A stretch of 64,000 nt of DNA from Monocercomonoides exilis PA203 (GCA_001643675.2 LSRY02000014.1:1-64000); one strand, 5' to 3'; positions 49,465 to 62,010 are shown, counted from the first letter of the stretch. Numbers and translations: made by a program. The notes: generated by a model not told the origin, from the sequence alone.

Positions 49465-52400
49465 ATGGATGCACAACTTCAGCAGCTTGAGTCTGCAATA
49501 AGATGTGCATTTGATGTCACTCTTCCAAAAGAAAAGCAGTTAGAGTTTCATCAAGCTGCGAATAATTTAACATCAAATTCATCTGCTTTGCAAGTATGAA
49601 AAATTAATATAAAACAAATTTTTTTCATACTATTTTTTGAAAATGCGTTTATTTTTTTTTTTTAATGAATGGTAGTTATGCTATACTCTTTTTACAACAT
49701 CAATAGATTTAAATATAAGATTTTGGTGCATTCAGCGACTAAGTGACCTGATTGCAAACAACTACAACCAATTTGATCAAACTTCAATGGCCTCTCTCAG
49801 AACTGGTGTTTTAGAAATAATACGTAATATGAAAACAAATGAAGAGTTTGCAATTAAAAACAAAGTTGCACAGCTTTTATCCAATTTGCTCCGTCGAGAG
49901 TATCCATCCACGTGGCCCACTGCAATGAGAGACATTCTTGAATTGCTTTCTCGAGGAGAATCTGTACAAGGTGAGATGCTTGCAAGAATATTTCTTCAGA
50001 TAAATGATTTAATTGTTGAAGTTGATGCTTTAACTCCTTCATCTGTCGTGACAACTTCACGAAACTTTAAGGAATCATTAAAGAATGATTGCCTTCCAAT
50101 GATAATACAAACATTTTACCGGCTTTTATCTTTTTCTTTTCCTCACGATCTCAGTCTATCAAATTCAGTTTTAATTACGCTTCATCAATTTGCTCACTGG
50201 GCAGACATTTCGTTTTTTATAAATGCTGCATCATTGGAATTGCTTTATCGTATTATTGATCCTCCGCCTCTTCCTCAACATCCTGCTAGCAGTTTGGATC
50301 ATCCTGTTCCAGAACATATTCGTGGTGTTACAACGAGAATTATTTATCAAAACGATTTGCCTATTCCCAAGCCAAAGAGCATAAACAAGTCAGATGCCAT
50401 TTTTTCAGTTGAAGCATTGCTCAATGCAAATGAGAACGGGATCCTTCCACCTCGGCCAGATTCCATTCACTATTCACAATTCATCACTTCGCAAGGACTC
50501 ATTTCAGCCGACACTTCATCAAACACACTTTTCGCACATCAAACAACTTGTGCTAATGTTTGCATGAGATCGCCAGAAAGAGAGAAATTGCGACTGTTAG
50601 CATTGAAACTTCTGGCGACGCTGCTCAATCGAAACACCACTCCAATTCTGAAGATGCAAATGCTTGGCCTGCTGAGTCCGCTGTCGCTGATATCTCGTTT
50701 TCCGACTGAAGAAGATGACAGTGACGAGAAAAAGGAAGGAAGCAGAGCAGGCGATGCAGCCAGCCAGCAAGGGGGCGGTGGCTCAATTGATTCTGTTGCA
50801 CTCTTTCGGAGCGAAAGGAATGCGACATATTGCAGCGATGATTCAGTGTGCATTGCTGTGGCACAGCTGCTGGATGAAGTCGGTCTTCAGATTATGAAGT
50901 CCCATCGCAGCTTGTGCCAGTCTCTGATGCAGTTGAAAGCGAGCTCAGAAGCAAAAACACAGAAACAACAGTCAATCCAGATGGATGACGCTGCATCAAA
51001 GTCTGCTTCTCCTTCTTCTTCTTCTGCTGTTTCTTCTTCTGCCACTTCTGTTCCATCTGACTCATCAGCCAGCACCGAACAGCCGGTCAGTGCTGACAAG
51101 CTCCAAGTGTTGTGTGATGCATGTTTAGTGCAGCTTTGCGAGTGGTTCCAGATGTTCCTATTTTGGTCGCTGTCTAACAACGATTACGTGTCTGAGGCGC
51201 TGTTTCCTTCGATGCGGCTGTTTTCGATTTTTCTGCGCGACACGAAGACGAACTGGCTGCTGAACAGAGTTCTCTCGTCTGTCTCCAGCGGATCTGCTAT
51301 TTCATCCACATCCTTTCCTTCCTCTGCCTCTTCCTCTTCCTCTTCTTCTGTTTCTGCTTCTGCTTCTTCTTATCATTCGGCGCTGAAGTCATCTTCCTCG
51401 CGGAATCAGCGCCATCAATCCAAACAGCCCTTAAAAGTGACACTCAGCACACTTCAGTTGGCACTCCCTCTTTCACAGACTGCTCCTTCTGCTGCTCCTT
51501 CTTCTCCTTCTCTTCCATCTCCTCCGCCTCTCCTTCTCTCTCTCCACTCACTCATCCCTTCTGTTCTTTCTGCAATCGCCTGCAAGCTTGCCTTTCCTCC
51601 TTCAATCGCATCTCTTCCCTTCTGCTCGGCACCAACAGATGATTTAGCTTCGGATGGGGTGCCTGTTTCTCTGTCTTCGTCGACCATTCGTCTTCCTTCT
51701 TCTGTCTCCTTCGCTTCTGAAATGCCTTCCAGCTATGGCCGAGCAAAGCGCGATGCAAAGCAGCTGCTTTTGAGCAATGGCTTTTTGAGTGGCGAAGAAA
51801 AGAAAGAGGACAAAAACGAGTGCGACTGCTGTGACGATGCAGGCGACAGCGGTGCAGCTGACTACGGGGCATTCGTCGACTTCCGCATTGAGCTGGGCAA
51901 AATGTGGCGGAACTTTGGCAAGTTGGACGGGGCAGCGATGAGAGAGACGATAGACACACGGCTGAAGCAGTCGGTGGCGCTGATGGAGGCAACGCTGGCT
52001 GAGCACAAAGAGAAGCATTCTGTGTTCATCCAGCTGCAACAGCAGCAGCAGCACACAAATGCAGAGCAGCCAGTGGCTGTCTCTTCTTTTCCTTCTCCTT
52101 CTCCTTCCCATTCGCCTTCTCCATCTTCCTCCTCCTCTTCCTCCTCTTCTTGTTCAATCACATCCATTGCATACCATGCCTTTGTGTGTGAGTGTGCTGC
52201 CTCTCTCCCTGCAGTCGAGCTTCCGCTGGAGCTTCTGCTGCACAGCCTGGAGCTGTTTGAGGTGTCTGAGCAGCTGAGCCCTTCCTCTCCATTGGCTGAC
52301 TTTCTGAGGCGGATTGTAGCAACACCGTATTCGCTGCACCCGTCGCGTGTGGTCGGGTGGCAGTTCTTCGACATCGTCGGGCGCTCCATCAAGCTCTTCA

Positions 52401-54142
52401 AGAACTACCCCGACATGATCCCTTCTGTGCTCAACGTGTTTCTCTCTGAGAGGGGCATCTTCAACGCACGCAGGTCGATTGCCGCGAGGGCGAGCCACGA
52501 GTTCGGAAGGTTTGTGAGGGCACTCACGCCGACTTACTCTTCTCACCACAGCTCTCATTCTTCTGCAACATTCACAACATTACCACAGTCTGCTTCGACT
52601 TCTGCTTCTGCTTCTTCTGACACACGATCTCTTTCTCCTTCTCCTTCAGCACACATTTCACCTTCACCAGGTCAACAAGCCACTTCGATATTCTCAACAT
52701 TTCCAGGTTCTTCTTCATCTTCATCACCTTCTTCTACCTCAGCCACCTCTTCCACCTCCTCCTCTATTCTATCTCCACACGAGACACTAATTCTGCAGTC
52801 GCTGATGAAGTATGTGGATGACTGCCATCCAACAACCACAGCTGAATACAACATCATCTGCGACATCTACGCAGCTGTTGGCAGACTGATGCTTTCGCCC
52901 ACGTTGAATGAAGAGCTGAAGGTGCAGTGCTTAAGGCACCTTGTTGCGCTTCCTGTGAATGTCATCAATCAACATCTGCTTCAGATTGGCTTGGCTGACT
53001 CTGCTATATTCACTCCTCCTCCCGTTGCTGCCTCTTCTTCATTGATTACTTCAACTAATTCTGCATCATTTACTACACCATCAAGTTCTCTTTCGTCTCT
53101 ATCGTTTTCTTCTTCCTCTCCTTCTCCCCTTCCCTTCGCATCCATAGCCCCGCCTCGAACGAATCAAATGACAGAAAACGAGTCACTCACGCTGTTTTGT
53201 GTGACTGCGCTGAGCTCCATCACCAAAGAGCTCAACCTCTCTCCCACGCCTGCCATGTGCGAGACATGCATCCCAGCTGCCCAGGCCATCGTGAAGGTGG
53301 CTGCCATCACACGCTCCGCCGAGCTGAAGCGGCAGTGCCTGTTTTATCTGCGGCACATGCGCGACCTCATCAGAGGAGAGGCACCTAATGCGCTGAGCGC
53401 TGCCCTCCCGCACTTTCTGGGGGAAGAAGATGACATCCAGACAGTTGCATCGGCCTTGCTGCTTTTGGGAAACTACATCCGCGTGCTGAAGGAGGCGATG
53501 CTCGGGTGTCTCTCTTCAGTCTATCTGTTCATACTGCGCCGCGTGATGCCTGTGCTCTGCGAGAGTTCTGCTTCATCTTCTTCGCCTTCTGCCAGCCTCT
53601 TTTCTGCCACAACGCCAGCATCAGAGGCAGAGAGGGAGAAGACGACGCTGCTGTCTGCATTTGTCCATCTGCTGTCAACCATTGGAGAAGTGCCACCTCT
53701 CCTTGGGGTGCTTGTTCAGGAATCACATGCGTCCTTTCTGCTGCCCACGCTGTCTGTTCTGATTGGCGCTGTCTCTCATCTCCCTCAGCCAGACGACAGA
53801 GCCAATCTGATTGCATTCTTCACTGCCATCACGAGAGAGTGGGCTGCCCTCAACGGATTCTGCGACTACATCTGCTCCACACTCCACCCGGCGGTTGTGT
53901 CTGCACTGCGATCGCCGCCGTCCAAAGCAACTGACCCGAATTTCAAGCTTCTTTGTACTTCTGCTGCCACTTTCCACATTACTGCTGCACAGAAAATTCC
54001 CATGTTCAAAAACTACATCCAGACACAGTTCATCCCTTCGCTCAATCTCAATGAAAGTCAGGCATCGATGCTGCTCTCTGCAACTGAAAAGACAAATTTT
54101 GATATTGTAGGGCTTCTCTATATATCTCTTCTCCCGCCATAA
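49465..54142 (+). CDS. XPOT: Exportin-T (tRNA exportin, Los1/XPOT-like), 2 exons: 49465-49593, 49676-54142 (~1531 aa)
   Basis: FAIKNKVAQLLSNLLRREYPSTWP and QFFDIVGRSIKLF..PDMIPSVLNVFLSERGI..AARASHEFGRFVRAL resemble conserved exportin-T blocks. A GTATGA...TAG intron restores the frame with an upstream exon. Confidence 0.8.
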
Positions 54143-54416
54143 ACATTTCATTGTAATATTCTGGTTATTCAGAAATTAATCTTGGGTGATTTATTAATCC
54201 GGACTTTTTTTGAAATTCATATTTCTCGGTGAGTTTCAAAAATTAAATTATGATAATTCATCCATTCATATATCAGCATATAACACATCTAACCATGTAC
54301 AAATTTATATTTATTGTGCTGTATTTATGAAAAAATAAATAATTTTTATTTTTGAAAATCTGACTTTTAATGAATTTTTCTATTTTAATAAAACGATTCA
54401 GTTCATCTTTTATACA

Positions 54417-56395
54417 TAGGTTGGTTTTTTAATCCGGATATTTTTTTATATAATAATGAAAAAATAAAAAATTTTTATTTCACGAAAGCATGTTTGTTTC
54501 TATAAAAAAAGTACACTAGTGATTAATATAGTCAATCAACTCTCTCATGATTATTTTTCTGGAATTTTCTTGTTTTCTTTCATCTCCAGAATTATCATCA
54601 AAAAAAACTTTTTTTCGTGGAATTTATCTTTTCTTTGGTTTTTCATCAAACAATTTTTTTCCCACAGTTTTTTCATTTTCATCATTCCTTATCTTCTCTT
54701 CTTTCGTTTTCTGTTGATTTCTCCATTCATCCAAAAAATCTTGGTATGTAACTATTTTTCCATGAAAATCAAATCTGTGGTATTTTTTTCTTCTGTGTTA
54801 CGGAAGGCTCATCAGGTAAAGTGGAAAGAATAGCATGCCATTGGTTTGATAACACTCCACTTCTGACAAAGGAAGAAACAATTGTTTCAGGCAATAATGC
54901 TGTTTGCAGAGCCGGAGGAAGGGCATCTGCAATTGCTTTTCTTCGAAGAGAGACAGATGAAGAAGAAGGAACGACATATTTTGTGTTAAAACATTTTTTT
55001 AAGACGGCAAATACTCCTCTGTCGATTGGCTGGGTGAGGTGTGTGCTGTGGGGGATATAAGTCACCACGTCGATGGAGGCATCAGCGAATTTTTGCCAAA
55101 TGTCGGGCTGAGCTCTCGATGAATGATAGTCCAATTGAAGAAGGCATCTTTCGTCATCTTTGTTTAAAAGAGTTCGTCTTTCAACGATTCCTGGAAGGAG
55201 AACATCTTCTGCGTATCTTCTTAATATTTTTCGATCATCCATCCATCGTTATCTTCCCAAATATTTATTGTTGAGCTGAGCATCACACGCATTTCGGCTG
55301 GAATTTTCTTTGAAGGCTATAAAACGATGCTTTTCAAAGAATAGCCATCTGCAACAGCCGCAACAACAAGAGTGAAGTTTGGCATGTTGATAAAAGCTTT
55401 TGAAAACCCAACTTAAACGTTTGAAGGATGAACGGCTAGTTGTTTTGTGGAGTCGAAAAGACGAAAAGAGGATTCGTCGGTGTTGAAGATGAGAAAAGAA
55501 AGGTTGAAGAGACTGTTTGTTAGACACTGATAAACATTGAATATCAACGTTATGAGGAATGGACGTTTTAAGATCTGGATTTCGTTTGACAAAGGAAAAT
55601 GGTGTTGATTTTGAAATTTCAACTTCTTCTTTTTCTTCATCAAACAGATTTTTTTTGTCTAACAGAAATGACAGATCCCATCTGAAATAAGATAGCAATA
55701 AATTTTAATTTGTTTATGAATGAATAAGCAAACCAAATGTTTCATTTGAGAAACAGAAATGCTCACTCCACTTGAACTTTCGCAGTGAATAACATCCTCT
55801 TCTGTTTTTTTTTCTTCGTCTGTTAGTTTCTCTGGGTGACATAATTTGTGAACTTGTCTTATATTTTCAAGCCTTGTAATTGCTCTGTTGATTGTAGAAC
55901 GGCTGAACTCATGAAGATTTTTAGCATCAACTTTCCATGCCTTTCATTTCAAAACGATAGCTGCAATCTACTCAAAACGATTTTCTATTTGTCTATAATC
56001 AAATGCCATCATTTGATTTCTAATATTTATTAATCCTTGTTCTGTTCTATTTTTCACAGCACTCATAACAAATAAATTCTGGTTATAATCTAATTTTTAT
56101 TTTTAAAAAATTTTTTTTTGAAATGAAAAAAAAAACAAAAAAAATTTTTTCGACCAAATTCTAACTTATTAATAACCCCCCTTGCTATTACCTAATCTCC
56201 TCAGGGGAGGCACTAATCAGAGATGGAGGAGCTAACCCCCCCATCTCCCCCCCATCAGAGATTAGATATTGTAATTTAATCTGAAATTCTAATTACTGAC
56301 TTTTCCTTATGTATCACAAATATGATAAAATATCCAAAAAGTGGGAAGAAATAATTCATAATAAAAATTTTTGTCCGGATAAAAAAACCACCCGA
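54417..56395 (-). mobile_element. Decayed pogo-like (DDE_1, DD35D) DNA transposon with 24-bp imperfect TIRs
   Basis: Transposase blocks IFNTDESS, FTLVVAAVADG..GWM and LLQLDYHSSR...IPHSTHLTQPIDRGVF (35 aa between D and D) lie across several frames; HTH remnant SRSTINRAI near 55880. TIR 54417-54440 TAGGTTGGTTTTTTAATCCGGATA matches the reverse complement of 56372-56395 at 20/24. TA is present on the right flank only. Confidence 0.82.
56221..56259 (-). promoter_or_regulatory. Hairpin + G-tract motif upstream of the pogo-like transposase (copy 2)
   Basis: The + strand reads AGATGGAGGAGCTAACCCCCCCATCTCCCCCCCATCAGA, similar to 17974-18021. Confidence 0.35.
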
Positions 56396-56420
56396 TAACT
56401 TATTTTTTCTTTATTGTAAA

Positions 56421-56479
56421 CTAAGCCTGGGTGACGTGAAGAAAAAAATTCGTCACGTCCGTCACCAATTTTCCACTTC

Positions 56480-56523
<44 letters not shown>
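56421..56523 (+). other. Short structured sequence ending in a 43-nt poly(A) (possible retroposed small RNA/SINE)
   Basis: GGTGACGTGA...TCACGTCCGTCACC hairpin, then A43 at 56481-56523. TTATTGTAAA occurs at 56411-56420 and 56541-56550. Confidence 0.4.
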
Positions 56524-56525
<2 letters not shown>

Positions 56526-56959
56526 CCATTGTTGTTTCTATTATTGTAAAGGAATAAACAATTGATATATAATATTTTGTAGTAAATTTTTATATATTTC
56601 ATTTATAATCATTTAAAGATGATTGATCAATTGATCCCATTACAATATGATTCATGTTACAATTCAAGTTATATTTTGTGTAATCCGATAAAATATGTAT
56701 ATTTCTTTCCGTAATTGTGAGAAATTTGAAATTGTTGAGAATGCAATTCGTTTGAATTGCAGAAAAAAATTTTTTTTCAACTTTTTGTTTGTTCAATAAG
56801 ATTAACAAACATCGTGATGTTTTATTTACATGACAACTTCAAAATACGGACAAATTGAATTTCATCAAAAAATAACTCAGTTTTTCTGCTGTTTTTTTTT
56901 TATTTCGTGATTATTGCATTTGACTATTTTTTTTTTATTTTGAAGAATTTCTTCATGAG

Positions 56960-57950
56960 ATGGGACATTACTACGAGAATGCACAAGCGCAGAAAATTGA
57001 AGAAATAAATGAAATAATTGAAGAAATGAAGGAAGAAGAATTTGAATCTGTCTTCACAAAAGAAATGTTCGATGAAATGGATGAAATGATTAAAGAAGAG
57101 AAACTTTCGATTGGAAATGTGATTTTTCTGTTGAGGCATGTTGGATATTGCATCGTTTTGAATGACATGTGGGTTTCAGGTTTTGGGTATTCTTCATTGA
57201 GCAAAAGATTTGAGAAAATGATTATAAATGAAAATGAAAAGACAGAAGATAAGGATGAATGGCTGCTGGCTGATCTTTGTGAATGCTATGCTTCCTTAAG
57301 ATCATTCTCCTCAAAGGAATGGATATCAATCATTGTGCCTTGTCTCCTGAAAGCTTCATCGAGCAAGAAGAGAAACAAGGAAACTTAAAAGGAAATAGAA
57401 ATGGCATTGTTGGCTTTATGTCACATTGGAAAATGTTTTGTATGATCTTTCTTTTCTCTCTTTGTTGAATTGATTCTGCTTTTTTTTTTTTAATTTTTTG
57501 ATAAGATATTGGACAATGAACTGTTTTTGAATGAGATCAAAGAGATAATCCTTTATCATCAAGAACACAACAATATGACACATCTTGCGTCTCAATCTGC
57601 TTGGGAGTTCTTAACAGACAGACTTTACAGAAATATAAGTTTGGAACAAATAATAATGAATGAACTGCATTTTGCGAGAGAGGCAGCAAGAGAATTGGAA
57701 GAGCTGACAAGATGTGTGGAATGGAAAAGAAAAAAAGAAGAAAGAGGAAGAGAAACGAAAGAAGAGCTTGCGATAACAAGATGGATCCAAGCTCTGGAGC
57801 ATTTCTTGACGATTGCAAATCGTTGAATAAAAAGTCAATAAGATTGATTGACAGCGTTTTTCAGGTATTTCGAGATGCGAATGATGATCACTGAGTTATT
57901 AGCGACACATGCATTTATTCCCAGAGAAATGCTGTGGTTAGCTGAGCTAT
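56960..57950 (+). pseudogene. Decayed member of a Glu/Lys-rich helical hypothetical protein family
   Basis: ORFs 56960..57388 and 57509..57826 are separated by a frameshift and a probable intron (~57439-57504); stops follow downstream. Function unknown. Confidence 0.55.
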
Positions 57951-59043
57951 TGAAGTTGAAGACTTGGTTGAGAGTTGCGCGGCTGACACCTTTTTTAAAG
58001 AACCGCAATAATTAACACTAAATAATGAAATGGCAAGTCAAAGAATTGAATTGTATGTGTTTCTTTTTGGTACTTTTTTGAAGATTGAATGAAAATACAG
58101 ATAATGAAATGGAAAAAGCAAAATGGAAATATTTATAAAAAAGGAAGAAAAAAACACAAATATGTTATCATTTTGTTTTATGAAATTCTTGATTATTTGC
58201 AAATAAAATTTTGACAGCTTTGATTTTCAGTTTATTTTTTGCTTCGATTTTATGAATGAGCGATGAACAGAGAAATTTTTCATTTTAAACTCTAACTTAT
58301 AATTTTTCACAAAATTGAAAACAAAGAATTTTTTTAAGCCTTTTTCTATGCTTTTCAATCAATAATTTGCTTTTTCAAAAAGATGTGAATCGAGAAATAT
58401 TGACACTTCCTATAAATGTTTCCGTTTTCTGATTTTCTTCTGCGAAAATCTTCTTCCAACAACTTATCTGCATATATATTTCATAAAAAAAGGATATTAT
58501 CTCGTTCTTTCGTTATTCCAAGCTGTATCTTCTCCATTTCTTTTTTAAGAAAAAGCTTATCTCACCACCTCATTAATTTCGCTTCAATAACAGAAATTTC
58601 AAACAACTTCAGAGAGAGTTATTGGTATTGGATAAAACCTGATCGCAAGAAATAAAAGCTGATGAAAAGAAGTTATGAAAAAATACGAATAAATAAAACC
58701 TGTTTTTTTTAAACGAAGAGAAAAATATCTGTGCTGATAAGGAAATGAATTGCTATTTGTCTGAAAGATAAATACAAAATATCCCAAATGTTTGAAATAA
58801 AAAAGAGAAGAAATGTTTTATGTTAAAATACTTTATCTCATTCAAATCACATTTTTATGTTTTGCAAACTGCAATTTTGATCAATCCGAGTTTTTTTGCA
58901 TGTGTCAGTTCTAACAACTTATAGTTCAGATGTTGGTGATATTTTGCAAATTATCAACGGAAAATATGCTATCATCATATTACAATATGTGAAAAGAACA
59001 TGAATCCTTTGATGAAATACATTCATCTGTTGTTTTGCGTAGG

Positions 59044-59104
59044 CCTTTGCGACACATAAAATTTTTTCGTTTGTGTCGGTCGTTTAAGTCGACTCGTGTC
59101 GGAA
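59044..59104. mobile_element. Short inverted-repeat mini-element, copy 2 (related to 14245..14315)
   Basis: CCTTTGCGACAC...TTCGT..GGTCGT...GTGTCGGAA has the same layout as copy 1. Confidence 0.4.
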
Positions 59105-59719
59105 TCAATTTATGAGAAAATATTGTTTCACATAAATTTTTTCTTATCAAAATTTTTTAATCAACAAACTTAACATTATTTCAATGGTATTCATGAAAAA
59201 AACTTTTTTAAAAATTACCATATTTCTTTTTGAATAATAAAATTTTTATAAAATTGATCAAAATTTTTTTGGATGTTTTGTTGTTTTTTCAAACAAATAC
59301 AGATTCAGTCAATCTTCTTTTTGAATGAATAAGATGATAAACTTTTATATACATATGTTAATCACACAAAAGATGGTTGTTTTCGGTTCCAACAACTGTG
59401 TTTTCTGTTTTTATAATGATATATAAATAGAAGTGAATTAAGTTATTTACAGTTTGTTAATCTTCATTTAGAATGTTTTATTTTGAACGCCAATCAGTTT
59501 TCTTGATGGTTTGAGATTGCTTTATGCAAACAAAGAACAATAGATAAATGAGAAAAAGAAGGGACTATTTTGGAATGGAATGAAATGAAAACATATATCG
59601 ATGTCACAAAATAAGCAGTGAAGGAGAATAGTGAAAAAGCAGAAAAGGAAATTTGAAGAAAAGATAACAACAAGATTTTGAAGAAAAAAGATGTTTTTTT
59701 TGGAGTCGTGGAATATTTA

Positions 59720-60410
59720 TAATCTGAGAGTGATCGGCAATACACATTTGGAGAAAATATCTACACAAAGTCGCTGAATGGGCATTGGAGGAAGTTGAGG
59801 AAGAAGAGACAAGAAAGCAAACACTTTCACCTTCAATTTTCTCGGCTGACACAGACACAACATTTGTTCGTGAGGAGGATTTGTGTCCAACCACCTCATC
59901 GATGTCGAATCTGGTGGATGCAATGGCCTGTTCATCGCCTCACGAAAAGCTGATTGTGGATCTGAGAGATTCTTTGTTTATGCTGCTTCATGGGAGGAAC
60001 ATGAAGAAAGAGATGGCGATTGGCTCATTGAAAGAAAGAGAACAAACAGCTGCACAAATCCTCTTCTGGGTGGCTAATCTTGCCCTTCACTCATTTGATG
60101 AAATGGAAAATCCTCTTCAGTCACTTGCCAATCTAAGCCCACATATTGTTCTGTTCTCTGAGCACATGGTCATCTGCATTGTGATGCACTCAGACCTTTT
60201 ATCAGATGACTCTGATTCATCATCCATCTCTTCAACAACCGTCGTGACATCTGCAACTGATGATGATGATGACTCACTTCCCTCATCTGCATTTGAGGAT
60301 GAGGATGACTTCAAAAAAGAGTGCCTGAGGTGGAAGGCACCAGAACTGCTGATGAACAAGAAGATGGGGGAGACAAAGGAGTCGGTGGTATTCTCGATTG
60401 GGATGTTGTG
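59720..60410 (+). pseudogene. Isolated cytoplasmic/pseudokinase fragment of the receptor family
   Basis: ..SNLVDAMACSSPHEKLIV..NLSPHIVLFSEHMVICI..KECLRWKAPELL..SVVFSIGMLW (kinase subdomain VIII-IX-like). No ectodomain upstream. Confidence 0.75.
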
Positions 60411-60849
60411 GATAAAGCTCTTAATAGAAACTATTTTTTTGTTTTTAGAAAATATTCGTTTGTGAATTTTGTTTCTTTCTTTATTTCATGACCAACATAT
60501 CAACATTCCATGTTTTTCATTTCTTATCATTGTTTCTCTTATTTTTGAAGTTGCTCATTTTTGTTTTCATATTTTACATATGTTTCATCAATTTTCAAAA
60601 AATATGTCGAATTAGAATTTTGTGGATCTGAACTGTTGTATTGATTTATTTCTGTTTTTTAAACACTTCACCTTATTTATTTTCAATGTCAGCTCCTGTG
60701 ATTATTTATATTTTAAATAATCATTATTTCTGATTCTGGATGAAAAATATGAAATTAACAAATAAAAAAACATTTATTTATTATGTCCATTTATCGTTGA
60801 ATCAGTTTTTCAAATTTTCGTTTTCAAATGTTTGATTTTTGATTAATGC

Positions 60850-62010
60850 AGGTATTTACCACTCCTCTTCTTCTTTCCTGTACTTTTTCTTTTCTTTTGA
60901 TTTTTTCATTCTTCTGTTTCTTCATTATTTCATCTTCAATCAATTTCTAGCATTCTTTCTGCACAGTTCCCACATCCTGCATCGCCTCCTCAAAGTTCTT
61001 AACCAGCAACAGCCCAACTGACTTGAAGAACGTCGCCACCGAACCAGAAACAGCCACTATCTGCTCTGTTGCAGCTTTTTACTCAGCTCTCATCATCCGT
61101 GTTATCGAATGCTCCGAAATGTGTTCGAACCAAACCGCTCTCTTCAGTTCCACCATCACCAGGTGAAACTCTTCAATCAGTTTGTTCTGCCCAATGAATG
61201 CATATTCTCGTCCACACCTCTCTGTTCTTCCCGAGTGATTCACGGAAGTCTATGTGTTTGCAAGCTAATGCATCACAATAATCTGTTCCACTTGCAGAAC
61301 ATCAATTTTTCACGCTGCAATATCAGTGGCAATCAGCACAGCAATGTTTCTCATCATGAATGACTGCAGCGTCTGTTCTTTCTGCCCCTGGACAATGCTA
61401 TCATGCAATGGCTTGCAGCGGAAAGACTTCAAGTTTGCACACACGTTCAGTATTATCGCATCAGCATTCTGGTCGCATAATATGATCAGTCATCTGTGGA
61501 TTCCTCCAAAGGTCTTCTGACTGTTTAAGATAATATCGCTCTGCTTTTTTTGTGAGGTCTACATCACATTGTACTTCACACGCAATGAAATGGCTAACAT
61601 ATCCGATCCCACGAGATCAGTCCACACTGAATTTGGTTTTTGTTTGTAGAAAGTGTCTTCTTCGATGATTGAACCACGGTGGCAACTTGTCAAAGAACAA
61701 AAGGATCTTTGCGCCAAAATGCTCAGCGGAGAGGTCAACAGAGGAAGAAGTTGAGTTTTGTTGAAGAAGAGGAGTTGGAAGAAGAAAACTTGAGGTGAAT
61801 TGGAGATGAAGATGGAAAGGAAACAGGCGGAGGTGTGCTTTGTGCTGAATTGGACCATCCAAAGAATGTTCTTTCATGTTCACTTTCACCTTCTCTATCA
61901 TTTTTTGTCTCCATTTGAAGCTTCCTGAAGTGATGCAAGATCAAATAACATGATCTTCTCCACATCTGGCATGAACGCAAAGTCCAACATCCTGTCAATC
62001 TTGCTTATCG
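60850..62010 (-). pseudogene. DEAD-box RNA helicase pseudogene (DDX21/DDX50-like)
   Basis: Manual minus-strand translation gives IDRMLDFAFMPDVEKIM (motif II region), LLFFDKLPPW (motif III region), TDLVG, LHDSIVQGQKEQTLQSF, VLIATDIAA*KID (motif V) and HSGRTERCGR (motif VI), with many stops and frameshifts. Confidence 0.75.
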
